The notes beneath the pieces were generated by a model. It was not told the DNA's origin. It made no database searches and worked only from the letters and a program-made list of their open reading frames with translations. A DNA stretch of 64,000 bases from a virus. Taxonomy: Duplodnaviria > Caudoviricetes. The stretch covers positions 32,001-96,000 of the IMG/VR virus record IMGVR_UViG_3300021256_000057; one strand, written 5' to 3'. Numbering within the stretch: the first letter of the stretch is position 1; each line of letters starts with the position of its first letter. The position numbers and the translations under genes are program-made. Positions 1-10,462 of this stretch are shown one piece after another.

Positions 1-1
1 A

Positions 2-274
2 GATTGTAGAAATGGTGTAGAGTATGAAGAATTGAATGGTACGATGCAAGCAAAGCCTAATGGCGGAATTAGTTATAACACAAATAACGTTGTTCATGTT
101 CGAGATATCGTCCGTAGACTTACTCCTACAGAAGCAGAGCGACTACAAGGATTTCCAGATGAATGGACTGCAGGGGAATCTGATTCAGCTCGATACAAGG
201 CTATCGGCAACTCCGTGGCTCTTCCATGTGTAAGCTATGTCATGTCTGGCATCGTAGATGCTCTGGATCAATAA
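2..274 (+). CDS. C5 DNA cytosine methyltransferase, C-terminal part (runs off the left edge)
   Basis: RRLTPTEAERLQGFPD...RYKAIGNSV match motifs IX/X of Dcm-type MTases; frame open from position 2. Confidence 0.85.
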   Translation, partial: DCRNGVEYEELNGTMQAKPNGGISYNTNNVVHVRDIVRRLTPTEAERLQGFPDEWTAGESDSARYKAIGNSVALPCVSYVMSGIVDALDQ

Positions 275-284
275 CAAAAAGAGG

Positions 285-320
285 TAGGCTCACCGTGTTT
301 TTGATATACGGTGAGCCTAT
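285..320 (+). terminator. Intrinsic terminator-like hairpin
   Basis: taggctcaccgt...acggtgagccta inverted repeat right after the MTase stop. Confidence 0.7.
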
Positions 321-415
321 CTGTTTGATCATTATGCCATTATCCGGAATTTTCTCTATATGACTGCATTATTATTTATCGCACAGAATCGTTGTATATA
401 GTGGAGGTGGTAGTC

Positions 416-640
416 TTGAAGAAGCCAAAAAGAATCCCTATATACAAGTCCATATGGTGCAAGATACGGTATTGGCAGATGATGTATGATATGTCAGATG
501 AAGAGCTTGCATTGATACTTGGTATATGTGATAGAACTATCAGAGAGTATGATAAATGTGCTGACAACTTGACACTATGCAGAGTAGACAAGTTTTTAGT
601 TGCTACTGGCATGACACTAGATGAACTCTTGTGCAATTAG
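416..640 (+). CDS. Small XRE-like helix-turn-helix protein (repressor or recombination directionality factor candidate)
   Basis: SDEELALILGICDRTIREYD HTH; GGAGG RBS before TTG at 416; adjacent to the integrase. Confidence 0.6.
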   Translation: MKKPKRIPIYKSIWCKIRYWQMMYDMSDEELALILGICDRTIREYDKCADNLTLCRVDKFLVATGMTLDELLCN

Positions 641-654
641 GATATAACTAACCA

Positions 655-683
655 TTGACAAGACAATATGGATGTGGTATAAT
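655..683 (+). promoter_or_regulatory. Host sigma-A type promoter of the integrase
   Basis: TTGACA-17 nt-TATAAT with extended -10 TG. Confidence 0.8.
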
Positions 684-728
684 ATAAGTATAACCATCAT
701 TCATATTCTTACAGGAAAGGAATATGAT

Positions 729-1778
729 ATGACTTTACCAAAGGCAAAACAGCTCCCATCTGGTAGATGGAGAACACAACTGATACTTGGAAAGGATGAT
801 GCAGGAAAACGTATTGTAAAATCATTCACAGCAGATACTGAAACGGAGGCGATAAGGTTAGCTCTTAATTTCAAAGAGGAACATGCCATCGGATATGTTC
901 CTAGTTCGATGACCGTGGCTCAGGCTTTTGACGTTTATATTGAATCCAGAAGAAACGTATTATCCCCATCAACCATCTATGGTTATGAAGCAATCAGAAA
1001 ATCAAGGCTGCAATCTATCATGCACAAGAACATAAAAAAACTAACGATCAATGAGGTACAGTTGGCGATTAGCCTTGATGCAAGGCGTCTCAGTTATAAA
1101 TCGATCAAATCAGCAGTATCGCTTCTTAAAAGCGTACTCTTAGCACAAGATGTCGATTTGAACACAGCAAGACTTAAATTACCACCAAGACATAAAAATA
1201 GAATAGAATTACCAGAATGTGACAAGGTGTTGGCCGCAATCGTAGGGACTGAGATCGAACTTCCGTGCCTATTAGCCATGTGGTGTTCTATGAGAATGAG
1301 TGAGGTTCGTGGACTTCAATTTAGGGATATATCAGCGGATGGTTCTACAATAACTGTACAGAGGACTAAGTTGTTTGTAAATGGAGAAGATGTTGTAAGA
1401 GATTACACAAAGACCTATGAAAGTGAACGTGTTATCTATTTACCAAGATATATCTTAGACCTCATTAAAAAAGTCCCTCATGATAGCGACACAGATTTCA
1501 TAGTGCAAAGGACATACCCATCTATTAAACGTAGGTATATGACAATTGCAAAGAATAATGATCTTCACATTACATTTCACCAATTAAGACATGAGTTTGC
1601 TACCACACTTAACGATCTAGGAGTTCCGAGCCATTATATCCAGAAGATCGGTGGTTGGTCATCCGATAACATTATGAAGACTGTGTACACCCACACCAGA
1701 ACGCCTAAAGAGCTTGAATATGCTGATACAGTAGAAAGCTACTTTATGGGAATATTAAATCGCATAGAAACAGAGTAA
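729..1778 (+). CDS. int: Tyrosine recombinase (phage integrase)
   Basis: N-terminal arm-binding region (GRWR...KRIVKSFTA); catalytic R (SMRMSE), K (TKT), HxxR (FHQLRH), GW and Y (VYTH). Confidence 0.95.
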   Translation: MTLPKAKQLPSGRWRTQLILGKDDAGKRIVKSFTADTETEAIRLALNFKEEHAIGYVPSSMTVAQAFDVYIESRRNVLSPSTIYGYEAIRKSRLQSIMHKNIKKLTINEVQLAISLDARRLSYKSIKSAVSLLKSVLLAQDVDLNTARLKLPPRHKNRIELPECDKVLAAIVGTEIELPCLLAMWCSMRMSEVRGLQFRDISADGSTITVQRTKLFVNGEDVVRDYTKTYESERVIYLPRYILDLIKKVPHDSDTDFIVQRTYPSIKRRYMTIAKNNDLHITFHQLRHEFATTLNDLGVPSHYIQKIGGWSSDNIMKTVYTHTRTPKELEYADTVESYFMGILNRIETE

Positions 1779-1781
1779 ATG

Positions 1782-2027
1782 GTCACACAAGTCACGATCA
1801 CGTCACACGGCAGATGAGAAATGCCGATATTTAGTGATATTTTGTCGAATATTAGTGGGTTCAAGCCCCACATATCTCATTTTCTAAGAAACGCCTATAT
1901 TTCTGGAAAATGCAGAAATATAGGCGTTTTTCATACATGATGTTTGGAGCTTTAAGTGCAGATATGGAGTTATATTTCCATATTTGCAGTCAAAAATCAC
2001 ACGCGAGTCACACGCGAGTCACACGCG
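1782..2027 (+). other. attP site with arm-type repeats flanking a tRNA 3'-half core
   Basis: GTCACAC-like repeats at 1782-1808 and TCACACGCG(AG) x3 at 1997-2027 flank GTGGGTTCAAGCCCCAC-ATATCTCA (T-arm plus acceptor strand, 1855-1879). Confidence 0.75.
1888..1932 (+). terminator. Terminator hairpin after the att core
   Basis: aacgcctatatttctg...cagaaatataggcgtt followed by a T run. Confidence 0.75.
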
Positions 2028-2170
2028 CACTTAGAAACAAGCACAGTTTTTGTAAAGTAAATTAACAAATTGAATATGGATGAATGGTTATGATACACCC
2101 TCAGCTCCGCCAAGCTGGGGGTGTTTTTTTTGTAACTCATACTCGTTATATAAGGTAGGAGGTGTTTGAG

Positions 2171-2344
2171 ATGTCAGACCTAGTTTGCCAATTTTGTAAC
2201 AAAGAGGCTGATGAACTATACCCATGCTTGGACAGGATGATCTGCATCCACTGTCTTATGGATGTGTTCTATCAGAATCTGTATCAAAACCATATTGAGG
2301 AGGATAAAAAGAATGACCAGCAGTCAGACGATGGTGATCATTGA
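2171..2344 (+). CDS. Small zinc-finger-like protein
   Basis: CxxC...CxxC; GGAGG RBS. Confidence 0.5.
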   Translation: MSDLVCQFCNKEADELYPCLDRMICIHCLMDVFYQNLYQNHIEEDKKNDQQSDDGDH

Positions 2345-2415
2345 TGGCTACCCTGCTACAGTCGTAGTCATTAAGGATGTTCCGGATCATATCAAGTACC
2401 AGGTGATGTAATATT

Positions 2416-2700
2416 ATACACAATAACATCAAATAATAGGACATTGTCCATTTGATGTTCCGCAGACATCTGCGGTGTATGATCAGACTCAGCTTGTGTG
2501 AAAGCAAGCTACGTTACGGAGGAATGGCTAGAAGTAGCCAAATAGTTACCTTGTGAGTGTACTTCCAGCTCCAAGCTCTAAGGTCAGTGGTCAAACAGTT
2601 CTGAATTGTAGGAACAGCGCTGCTGGCGGCAAAACCCTCTGATAACATTGTCGTGGGAGAATTTACTCCGAGAGGAGATGCACTTTAATTCTAGTGCGTA
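2416..2700 (+). ncRNA. HEARO/IscB omegaRNA-like structured RNA with no iscB ORF
   Basis: Ordered hallmark motifs CAATAAC, AGACTCAGC, CTACGTTA, CCAGCT..GCTCTAAGG, AAACAGTTCT..GGAACAG, AAAACC, AACATTGTCG, plus several nested hairpins. Confidence 0.8.
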
Positions 2701-2767
2701 AAACTACATGAAAGGAGAAGTAGTTAAAATCTGAATATAATTATACGATTTTAATGAAATAGTTTAT

Positions 2768-3541
2768 ATGAGAGTACAGTTAATAGCGCATACACCACTA
2801 CCAGAGCATATCGTAGCCGCTGCGGCGAAGCTGTGCTACTCGGATGTTGGTGCTACAGAACTTATGGATGGCCTAACTGATGATAAGGCAGAACACTTTG
2901 TTGAGATGCTATCTGAGATTGGTCACGAGAGCCCTATCGAGCACGCAAGTTTTACTTTTGCTATCGAGGGTGTAAGTAGATCCTTGTTAGCCCAGATAAC
3001 AAGACATCGACTTGCTAGTTTCTCTGTGCAGAGCCAGAGATATGTCAAGATAAACGATTTTCATTTTGTGACCCCGCCTGAGATCGAATCCGACGAACAG
3101 GCTCGTGAGACATTCATGAAGGCAATTGATACAGCTATCGCTGCATACAATGACCTCTCTATCATCCTTGGTGAGAAGCACTATAAGGAACTGGTAGACC
3201 GCGGAGTATCTGAAAAAGAAGCAAAGCGTCGTGCGGAGAAGATGGCTATCGAGGATGCAAGGTTCGTTCTTCCAAATGCATCGGAGACAAAGATGGTCGT
3301 GACCATGAACGCAAGGGAGCTATTGCACTTCTTCCGTCTGCGGTGTTGCGGACGAGCTCAGTGGGAGATCAGAAATCTTGCAAGAGCTATGTGGGAGGAA
3401 GTCTACAAGGTGTCCCCTGCCCTGTTCAAGTATGCTGGCCCCGCATGTGTACATGGTAAATGCCCGGAGGGTAAAATGTCGTGTGGTAAGATGAATGAGA
3501 TGAGGGATGTCTATGGAAGAGAACGAGAAGAAAATCCTTGA
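2768..3541 (+). CDS. thyX: FAD-dependent thymidylate synthase
   Basis: GHESPIEH, RHRLASFSVQSQRY signature, EDARFVLPN, RAQWEIR. Confidence 0.97.
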   Translation: MRVQLIAHTPLPEHIVAAAAKLCYSDVGATELMDGLTDDKAEHFVEMLSEIGHESPIEHASFTFAIEGVSRSLLAQITRHRLASFSVQSQRYVKINDFHFVTPPEIESDEQARETFMKAIDTAIAAYNDLSIILGEKHYKELVDRGVSEKEAKRRAEKMAIEDARFVLPNASETKMVVTMNARELLHFFRLRCCGRAQWEIRNLARAMWEEVYKVSPALFKYAGPACVHGKCPEGKMSCGKMNEMRDVYGREREENP

Positions 3542-4142
3542 TGTAGACCGTTTCATCCTTGAATCCTATGTGATACTATGTGACAATTATTGTATCATTA
3601 ACTCTGGCATCAATGGTAAGTATGTTGAGGATGAGAACACAAAGAAGTATCTTCAAAACATGCTTGATCTCATTGATGATTTAATAGAATGTATTGAAGT
3701 CGTATATAGAGAAATTATTGTATCCTTCAATGAGCATGATAATCTCAGAGAGATGATAGATCAGCCAATTTATTACACATTGAAGGGACTCTTCAATTGG
3801 ATATCATTTGTTTCAACAACATACAGACCAGATGCCAATACATCAAAAGACAAACTTCTAGGTGATCTCCAAAGTATCATTTCAAAAGTAGACAGAATCC
3901 AATCGGTAAGCAAAACGGTTTCTGATGTTATCCATGATAGCGAAAAAGGCGTTTACAAATACTACGAGAATCATGCACTTGATAATATCGAACCAGCCAA
4001 ATTAGCCTATATTGTAGCGAAAAATATCAGCACATCATGGTCTGAATACGATAATGGCATATCCCCATATTCAACGGTTTGTGTAAGGTCAATTGACATA
4101 ATGAAATTGTATCAGTGGATGTTTCCACAAAAGGAGTGGTAA
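3507..4142 (+). CDS. Hypothetical protein
   Basis: 211-aa ORF in the thyX operon. Confidence 0.6.
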   Translation: MSMEENEKKILDVDRFILESYVILCDNYCIINSGINGKYVEDENTKKYLQNMLDLIDDLIECIEVVYREIIVSFNEHDNLREMIDQPIYYTLKGLFNWISFVSTTYRPDANTSKDKLLGDLQSIISKVDRIQSVSKTVSDVIHDSEKGVYKYYENHALDNIEPAKLAYIVAKNISTSWSEYDNGISPYSTVCVRSIDIMKLYQWMFPQKEW

Positions 4143-4144
4143 TC

Positions 4145-4468
4145 ATGAAACTTACAGCAATTTACGGTTCTCCATATGATGTGCAAGCTGTGACAAACGT
4201 AATTCTCAGTTATGAAGTATCATTTCATGTAGATCCAGGTAGCATCGATGACTTCAGGCCATTTCAGATCGAATTTGATCTTTGGTCTATTGACGCTTGC
4301 AAGCTAAATGAAGTCGTAAGAGAGCTTCAGCACCTTGTTGAAGATAATGTCACAGAGCATTTTTATATTACTGTCGAGCACGAAAGTATTAAAAAGCGAT
4401 TTGAAATCGCGTGTTTTGACATCTACATCGAGGAAGATAGCTTTGCTTCTAAGGAGCAGATACGATGA
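4145..4468 (+). CDS. Hypothetical protein
   Basis: AAGGAG RBS before ATG 4145; overlaps the next gene. Confidence 0.6.
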   Translation: MKLTAIYGSPYDVQAVTNVILSYEVSFHVDPGSIDDFRPFQIEFDLWSIDACKLNEVVRELQHLVEDNVTEHFYITVEHESIKKRFEIACFDIYIEEDSFASKEQIR

Positions 4469-5502
4469 ATTTAGATGACGCGAATTATTTTGAACCATTT
4501 GCTGCAAGGCTATATGGTAAAAAGGAACTAAAAGAGAACACCAAACTGAAGCGGAAGTTCCTATATATAGAGGGAATCATTCGATTCTTGAATCTGTATT
4601 GCCAGAATGAACTTGGCTCCGGTAAAGTAGACATACAGAAAGTCTGCCTCTGGGTCAACTCCCCATGGTTCGAGAATCATATGCTCTGGAGTCTGCGAAA
4701 CATCCATGATGTATATAGGTATCTGGAGCAGGATATCCTTAACAATGTTCCACTATACAGGTTACTGGACATCTCAGACCATCTCAGAGGTCTTCTGGAA
4801 CGAGATCACATTGAGGCATTACAACAGGAAATGATGCAGGAGGCGGAAAAGTATCCATGTCTAAAGTGCATTTGGTACAATAATCAGATGATATCTCTCG
4901 GTGCGCTTTCCTCATGTGACCGTCCGACTTCAAGAGGAGAGTTCTATTCGCATCGTAGTGGATATCTGGAGATTCATCGTGTTCATTCTTGTCGGTATTG
5001 TACTACAATCGACGCCGTTCCTGAGAAAATCGAAAAGATGCAACTGTCAAGCAGATCACAGAGGCGCGATGATGATATTGAGGAACGAATATCAGCGTGC
5101 AGAGAACGCTGGCAGAAAAAGTACGATGCTCTTGACAACTCTGTTATACCATCTTCCTTTGAGACGATGGATCTTGCAACACTGAAGAAACAGATAGAAG
5201 AGAACCCTTTTTCCGATTTTGCACGAGTATGCAATTACAAGCAGTCGTATACGGATATTTACAGGAATCTACAGGAAGCAATGGTTCTGGAAGCAATGAT
5301 AGAGTTTGTAGAGATATATGCCAAAACAGAGCTCGGTTATAGCTACATCGCAGACATAGCAAAAATCGCAGAGTACATTTACAAAAATCGGTCGAGTAAC
5401 AAACTAAACTTTGCTACAAAAGACGATATCTACAAATGGCTTGAAGATATGATCTTAGCAGGAGAAGACATAACAAGTTTCTGCAAATATTCTGATGAAT
5501 GA
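4465..5502 (+). CDS. Hypothetical protein with Cys cluster (CLKC...C...CRYC)
   Basis: 345-aa ORF followed by a terminator hairpin at 5511-5540. Confidence 0.65.
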   Translation: MNLDDANYFEPFAARLYGKKELKENTKLKRKFLYIEGIIRFLNLYCQNELGSGKVDIQKVCLWVNSPWFENHMLWSLRNIHDVYRYLEQDILNNVPLYRLLDISDHLRGLLERDHIEALQQEMMQEAEKYPCLKCIWYNNQMISLGALSSCDRPTSRGEFYSHRSGYLEIHRVHSCRYCTTIDAVPEKIEKMQLSSRSQRRDDDIEERISACRERWQKKYDALDNSVIPSSFETMDLATLKKQIEENPFSDFARVCNYKQSYTDIYRNLQEAMVLEAMIEFVEIYAKTELGYSYIADIAKIAEYIYKNRSSNKLNFATKDDIYKWLEDMILAGEDITSFCKYSDE

Positions 5503-5589
5503 TCAATAGTAGAGGCGAATCACATTTTGGTTCGCCTCTGTTGTTGACCTTATATATAATTAAATACCTTTACTAGGAGCTGATGGTAT

Positions 5590-5817
5590 ATGAATGATAT
5601 GGAGCTTGCGATTCCTAATGCTGGTATCACTATAAAGCCTGGTGATACAATTAGATTGGGTCGATTTGACCGAAAGGAATGGCTCGTTGGATTTGGATGG
5701 TACGGATATGGTGGAAATCGACCTGTTTGCGGATGGTATCTTACAGACAAGATGTCAAAAGAAGTGAAGCCGATTCAATTGCCAGATCTTGATGATATAT
5801 ACCTTGTGGAATCATAA
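5590..5817 (+). CDS. Small hypothetical protein, late operon
   Basis: Preceded by the late-type motif GACCTTATATA and an AGGAG RBS. Confidence 0.6.
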   Translation: MNDMELAIPNAGITIKPGDTIRLGRFDRKEWLVGFGWYGYGGNRPVCGWYLTDKMSKEVKPIQLPDLDDIYLVES

Positions 5818-5832
5818 GGAGCGTGATTATAG

Positions 5833-7986
5833 TTGAGACAGTTATACAATGAGGGTAGAGTTGTAGGTATGTCTGCATATGAGTTATATGTGAGAAACGC
5901 TAAACATGCGGATCCTAATACTCCTCCTGCATCTGAAAAAGAGTGGCTTGCTTCTACACTTGCTATGGGGTCATCGTTGCTACTTCGTGTAGGCGCAGGT
6001 GTTGGAACAAACTGGCCATCATATATAGATATTGCCCTACCAAATAACAGCAGACTTACCGCTGCAAATACGATCATGGCATCATTCTTTTATGGGGATG
6101 CTGCAGTGGATGCTATATCTGATACTGGAACTGGGTGGGCTACAAAAGTAACAGACTATGGTCCGCTTATCAGTAATACGGAGGATAGTCATCCAGATAC
6201 AGGATTGACCCCGCCGTCTAAAGTTAATGAGCTAGATATCAGTGAAGATGTTATCGAGCAGATGAAGGAGTATTGCAAGATCTTCGATGGTATTGCATAC
6301 CAGCAAGGAACTTGGAAACAAAATCCAAATGACCCACCATATATGGACTTTTCTGCGGATATGACAGGACGTGCATATATTCGTCTTTTGATAAAAGAGG
6401 AAATAAAGAAACCGTTCTTTGTTCTGTTCACAGGTTTTACGAATAAGATCGTAGATATGGGTGAATCTGGATTTGATAGCTCTGTCAACAGTCCAGCTCC
6501 GCAGGATGGTGACTTCTTGGGACCATGGCAATTCCCATGGTCGTCAAAGATCATGTTCTCAATTAGTCCACTGATTTTGGAGTATATCGAACAATGTAGT
6601 GAGCAGACAGTAGATATTACAGCATTGCAGATATATAATACACCGTATATTTATATGTATCGTATGAAAGATGGTGGCGGAGTACCGGAGCCGGCTGATC
6701 TTAAAGATGTACATCATTATATTATGATGCAGAAGATATATGGGTACATGTCTCAGGCGTTTATCGACACATACTGTATGTCCGCATCATATATCGCTGA
6801 TACAATGTACACTGGCGGAACTGCTGATTGGTTTGGGGCAAGTGAATTGCTTCTGACAATGTTTATACAGACAGAACTATCAAATGGTGCATGGAGGTAT
6901 GGGGAGAAAGGTATAAACTCACCATATGCATATTTCCTAATGGGCGGAAACCCATCATACGATGCACCAGGTGTAAATTTCATGTTAGTCCCTGTAGATA
7001 AAAGAACTGGTATGATATCAATAGCACAACCAACTCCAAAACATAACATCATGATGGATAGCAATACCTATGCTAGTTTTGATTTCAGCAATAATCTTGA
7101 CTATCTTGGAAGTTGGTGGAATGGTACTGTAAGTCAATCAGATAATGGCCTTGCCACATGGGGTCCGTATATAGATCATCCTGTCCATCGTGTCGCGATA
7201 CCTGATGTTACAGCATACTTTTATCCAAATGCGTTAGTACCAAAGCCAGATGGATCGGAATATGGATATGATTATTATTCTTGGCTAAATGACACCCCAG
7301 CTTATGGTAACATGATACCTGAGAAATATTGGGTCCCGGATCCGGATGATGAATCCTTTATTCCTATTCATGATGATTACAAGAAACTCTCCTGCATAGA
7401 GTTCATGATAAAAGCATCACAGCATTATCTGTCTATGCCATATACATCTCTATCGTCTCGTCAGTCTGATATTACTCAGTCATTCCACCAGTATATCTTC
7501 GAGAAGTCTTCTGTAGAAGCAACAATAAGTGCTGGGATAAATACTTCAACAAATAAGTTCAATACAATACTGTCTGCATTGATCTCTATGGAAGCTACAC
7601 TGGACATAGCTAACTACTTCTCCCCTGCTGATATATCTATTGTAAGCACCGAGGATGGTACTGATTATACTGAACAGTATCGGTCAGATGATCACAAGAT
7701 ATGGTGTGCTGTAAGCACAGCGAAAGATGGGACGAATAAGGCTATATCCCTGATAGATGGCTCTGGGGCACAGTTGTCTCTGCAAGGGTCATCTTCAAAA
7801 CTGCCAGTAGATCAGATAAGATGGATAGATCTCCTTGATGCACTCAATACCAATAAGTCCATAGATGTGCTCGGTAGTGACCTAACTGCTATCAAGAGTG
7901 CCTTTAATGAAGCGGCTACTGATACTGTATATGGACTCAAGAAAAATGCGGATGGATCTATATCATTGGTGCAAATAGGAGAATGA
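5833..7986 (+). CDS. Putative virion structural (tail-associated) protein
   Basis: N-terminal GMSAYE...SEKEWLAS motif typical of Firmicutes phage tail proteins; late-type promoter. Confidence 0.55.
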   Translation: MRQLYNEGRVVGMSAYELYVRNAKHADPNTPPASEKEWLASTLAMGSSLLLRVGAGVGTNWPSYIDIALPNNSRLTAANTIMASFFYGDAAVDAISDTGTGWATKVTDYGPLISNTEDSHPDTGLTPPSKVNELDISEDVIEQMKEYCKIFDGIAYQQGTWKQNPNDPPYMDFSADMTGRAYIRLLIKEEIKKPFFVLFTGFTNKIVDMGESGFDSSVNSPAPQDGDFLGPWQFPWSSKIMFSISPLILEYIEQCSEQTVDITALQIYNTPYIYMYRMKDGGGVPEPADLKDVHHYIMMQKIYGYMSQAFIDTYCMSASYIADTMYTGGTADWFGASELLLTMFIQTELSNGAWRYGEKGINSPYAYFLMGGNPSYDAPGVNFMLVPVDKRTGMISIAQPTPKHNIMMDSNTYASFDFSNNLDYLGSWWNGTVSQSDNGLATWGPYIDHPVHRVAIPDVTAYFYPNALVPKPDGSEYGYDYYSWLNDTPAYGNMIPEKYWVPDPDDESFIPIHDDYKKLSCIEFMIKASQHYLSMPYTSLSSRQSDITQSFHQYIFEKSSVEATISAGINTSTNKFNTILSALISMEATLDIANYFSPADISIVSTEDGTDYTEQYRSDDHKIWCAVSTAKDGTNKAISLIDGSGAQLSLQGSSSKLPVDQIRWIDLLDALNTNKSIDVLGSDLTAIKSAFNEAATDTVYGLKKNADGSISLVQIGE

Positions 7987-7990
7987 AACA

Positions 7991-8377
7991 ATGAGGATAA
8001 TTGCAAGTTCTATTCCAGCAAGTAAGCAGGTAGGTAGAATCGGAAAATACATTTACAAGCACACAGAGGGTGCGTTCAAAACTGCTGCATCGGCGAACAC
8101 ATATGATGTGTATATCACACTGTTGTATCAATTGAAGCCTGAGTATGGTGGTGTAGTCAATGATGTGCAGGAGATGACGATCAATGTCAGCATTACGACA
8201 TATCAGAACAAGATCCGTGTTAATACGATAGAGGTTGACCCAAAGTCGAGAACACTTGGATTTGATCTATTCAAGCCAGAATTGATGGATGATCTTGTGC
8301 TTGGATCTCAAATCGTGCTGGACAAAGTAAGAAAGCGGATTCAAAAAGCATACGCACAGTATGATATTCTGTTCTAA
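7991..8377 (+). CDS. Hypothetical protein with MRIIASS N-terminus
   Basis: 128-aa ORF; IIA-S matches the putative maturation motif. Confidence 0.6.
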   Translation: MRIIASSIPASKQVGRIGKYIYKHTEGAFKTAASANTYDVYITLLYQLKPEYGGVVNDVQEMTINVSITTYQNKIRVNTIEVDPKSRTLGFDLFKPELMDDLVLGSQIVLDKVRKRIQKAYAQYDILF

Positions 8378-8391
8378 GTGGGTGGTGTATT

Positions 8392-10341
8392 ATGCTATTA
8401 GGTGATTCTAATGCTATTTATATAGGAGATACATCTATAGATGCTGTATATATTGGTTCTGATCTTGTTTGGTCGGCTAGTCCAAGTCCATATACTCAAT
8501 TAACCTACATCCAAAGCACAAATTGTCAGACTATCAACACAGGCTATATCCCAAATGAGAACTCGCGTATCGAAGCTGAGTTTATGCTGTATACCAGTGT
8601 GCATAATGAATTTGGCCAAGCTCTATTTGGCAATGGTACATGGCATATGTTATATAATCGAAATCGGACACTGCAAACAGAATATCAGTTTGGTTCTGGT
8701 AATATAACGACTACGTCATCCGTACTCCCGTATCACAAACGGTTCAAACTTGTGTGTGATAAAAATGGTGCATCATGGTATGATACAGAAGATGTACAAA
8801 TAGGAAGTGTATCTGTGACCGGAACTTCCCCAGGAGCTTCTCCACTGTACATTGGGTCTACCAGTAATACATATTATAGTGAATATCGTATATATTCGTT
8901 CAAAATATATGAGAATGATACTTTAGTTATGAATCTCATTCCAGTACAAAGAAACGAAGATGGTGTTTGCGGATTGCTTGACACAATATCTGAGAATTTC
9001 TTTGTGGATGTTGGTGTACAGCAAGCTGGATATTATTCGGATAAATTTGAAGATAGTTATACGCAGCTCGATGCTGTAGATACAGATGGAAATCTATATG
9101 TAAACACTGATTATGTGCATAAGACTAACACTAAAATTGTGATTGACAGTATACCAGATACTGCCGATAGTATAAATACGTCCAGATACATTTTCGGTAC
9201 ACTAGCATCTGGATGGCGTCACGATGATTGGTTTTTGTGCGTATATGAGTATAATTCTGGTCGCTCATACGGGCAAAGGAATCAACGCGAATGTGGAGAC
9301 TTCGATGCAGACATATTTAAGAACAGATGTACCGTAACTGCATACGGACCTGATTTCACGGTAATGCAGTTAGATGGTACTACTGCCACTAAAACGGTGT
9401 CATCAACCATTACAAACGGAATTAACACTATGTATCTATTCTATATAAACATGGATCCATGGGGTAATTCACAACCAAGTTTCACTAGATTCTACAATGC
9501 TAAAATCATTGAGACAACGAACGATATAGATACTATTATTACTAATCTAGTTCCAGTTAAAAGAAAATTCGACAATACAATCGTACTTTATGACACTATA
9601 TCAAATTCTGAGTATCCTCCAGTTGGCGGGGCGTTTACAGAATCTACCATGCCCATTATGGACGGAATTACTAACTATTACGATTGTAAAAGAGATGTTA
9701 CTATCGGTGGCTACTGGAAATCACAGGTTAAGTTTTATGAAAAATCATATGACATGCCACTTGGGGGAAATATAAGTATTGCAGATGATGGGGCTATTAC
9801 GATGACCGGTGATTCTTCAGGATATGCTTGGTTCTATAGTGCCACCGCAGACTACACTACACGGTCGGCATATGTAATCGCTAAGGCCGATGCGTCAACA
9901 ATCCATTCGCAAAATCCTGTTCTTTTAGGTGTTTCTTCTGCTGGTGGAGACAAAAACACAGTCAGCATATCTACTCAAAGAAATACGAGTGTACTTGATC
10001 TGGATTTGTGGGGAGCAAATGTCGAATCTGTAGTTAATAGTTCTGATTATCATGTGTGTGTATGGACACGAAATGGAAGCATAAATTCTTTTTATGTTGA
10101 TGGAGTGTTAATTGGTGCTTTAGATGTGTCAAACAAATACTATGTAACTTATTCTACATATCAAGGATGTGAAGAGCAACTATGGGGGGTCGCGTGTCTG
10201 TTTAGAGGCAATTCATATAATTCATGGGGAGATAAAGTACAAAAATACTTTAAGTTCATCGCTATTGCAGACACTGCTCATACTTCTGAACAGATCGCTG
10301 AAAACACAGCATGGCTTAAAAAATATTATAATCTTGATTGA
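8392..10341 (+). CDS. Putative receptor-binding or tail protein with ConA/LamG-like domains
   Basis: Two repeats of YTQL..I.S/T...NT.Y....N..I...NL(I/V)PV.R..D and a C-terminal HVCVWTRNG...FYVDG LamG-like domain. Confidence 0.6.
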   Translation: MLLGDSNAIYIGDTSIDAVYIGSDLVWSASPSPYTQLTYIQSTNCQTINTGYIPNENSRIEAEFMLYTSVHNEFGQALFGNGTWHMLYNRNRTLQTEYQFGSGNITTTSSVLPYHKRFKLVCDKNGASWYDTEDVQIGSVSVTGTSPGASPLYIGSTSNTYYSEYRIYSFKIYENDTLVMNLIPVQRNEDGVCGLLDTISENFFVDVGVQQAGYYSDKFEDSYTQLDAVDTDGNLYVNTDYVHKTNTKIVIDSIPDTADSINTSRYIFGTLASGWRHDDWFLCVYEYNSGRSYGQRNQRECGDFDADIFKNRCTVTAYGPDFTVMQLDGTTATKTVSSTITNGINTMYLFYINMDPWGNSQPSFTRFYNAKIIETTNDIDTIITNLVPVKRKFDNTIVLYDTISNSEYPPVGGAFTESTMPIMDGITNYYDCKRDVTIGGYWKSQVKFYEKSYDMPLGGNISIADDGAITMTGDSSGYAWFYSATADYTTRSAYVIAKADASTIHSQNPVLLGVSSAGGDKNTVSISTQRNTSVLDLDLWGANVESVVNSSDYHVCVWTRNGSINSFYVDGVLIGALDVSNKYYVTYSTYQGCEEQLWGVACLFRGNSYNSWGDKVQKYFKFIAIADTAHTSEQIAENTAWLKKYYNLD

Positions 10342-10462
10342 ATGATTGGTATTCAGTCCTACACACTCGTTATAGTATGTGTAGGACTCTTTTTGTAGTC
10401 ATACGGTAAAGTGTGAAACTAACATTATATGTAATTACCACTACTTGAAGGAGCGATCTATT

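Noticed and set aside
1810-1880. Complete tRNA gene
   Set aside because: Only the T-arm and 3' acceptor strand are convincing; no D or anticodon arm, so treated as an att core
1997-2027. CRISPR-like array
   Set aside because: 11-bp tandem repeats without spacers; fits integrase arm sites. No CRISPR array was seen anywhere in the window
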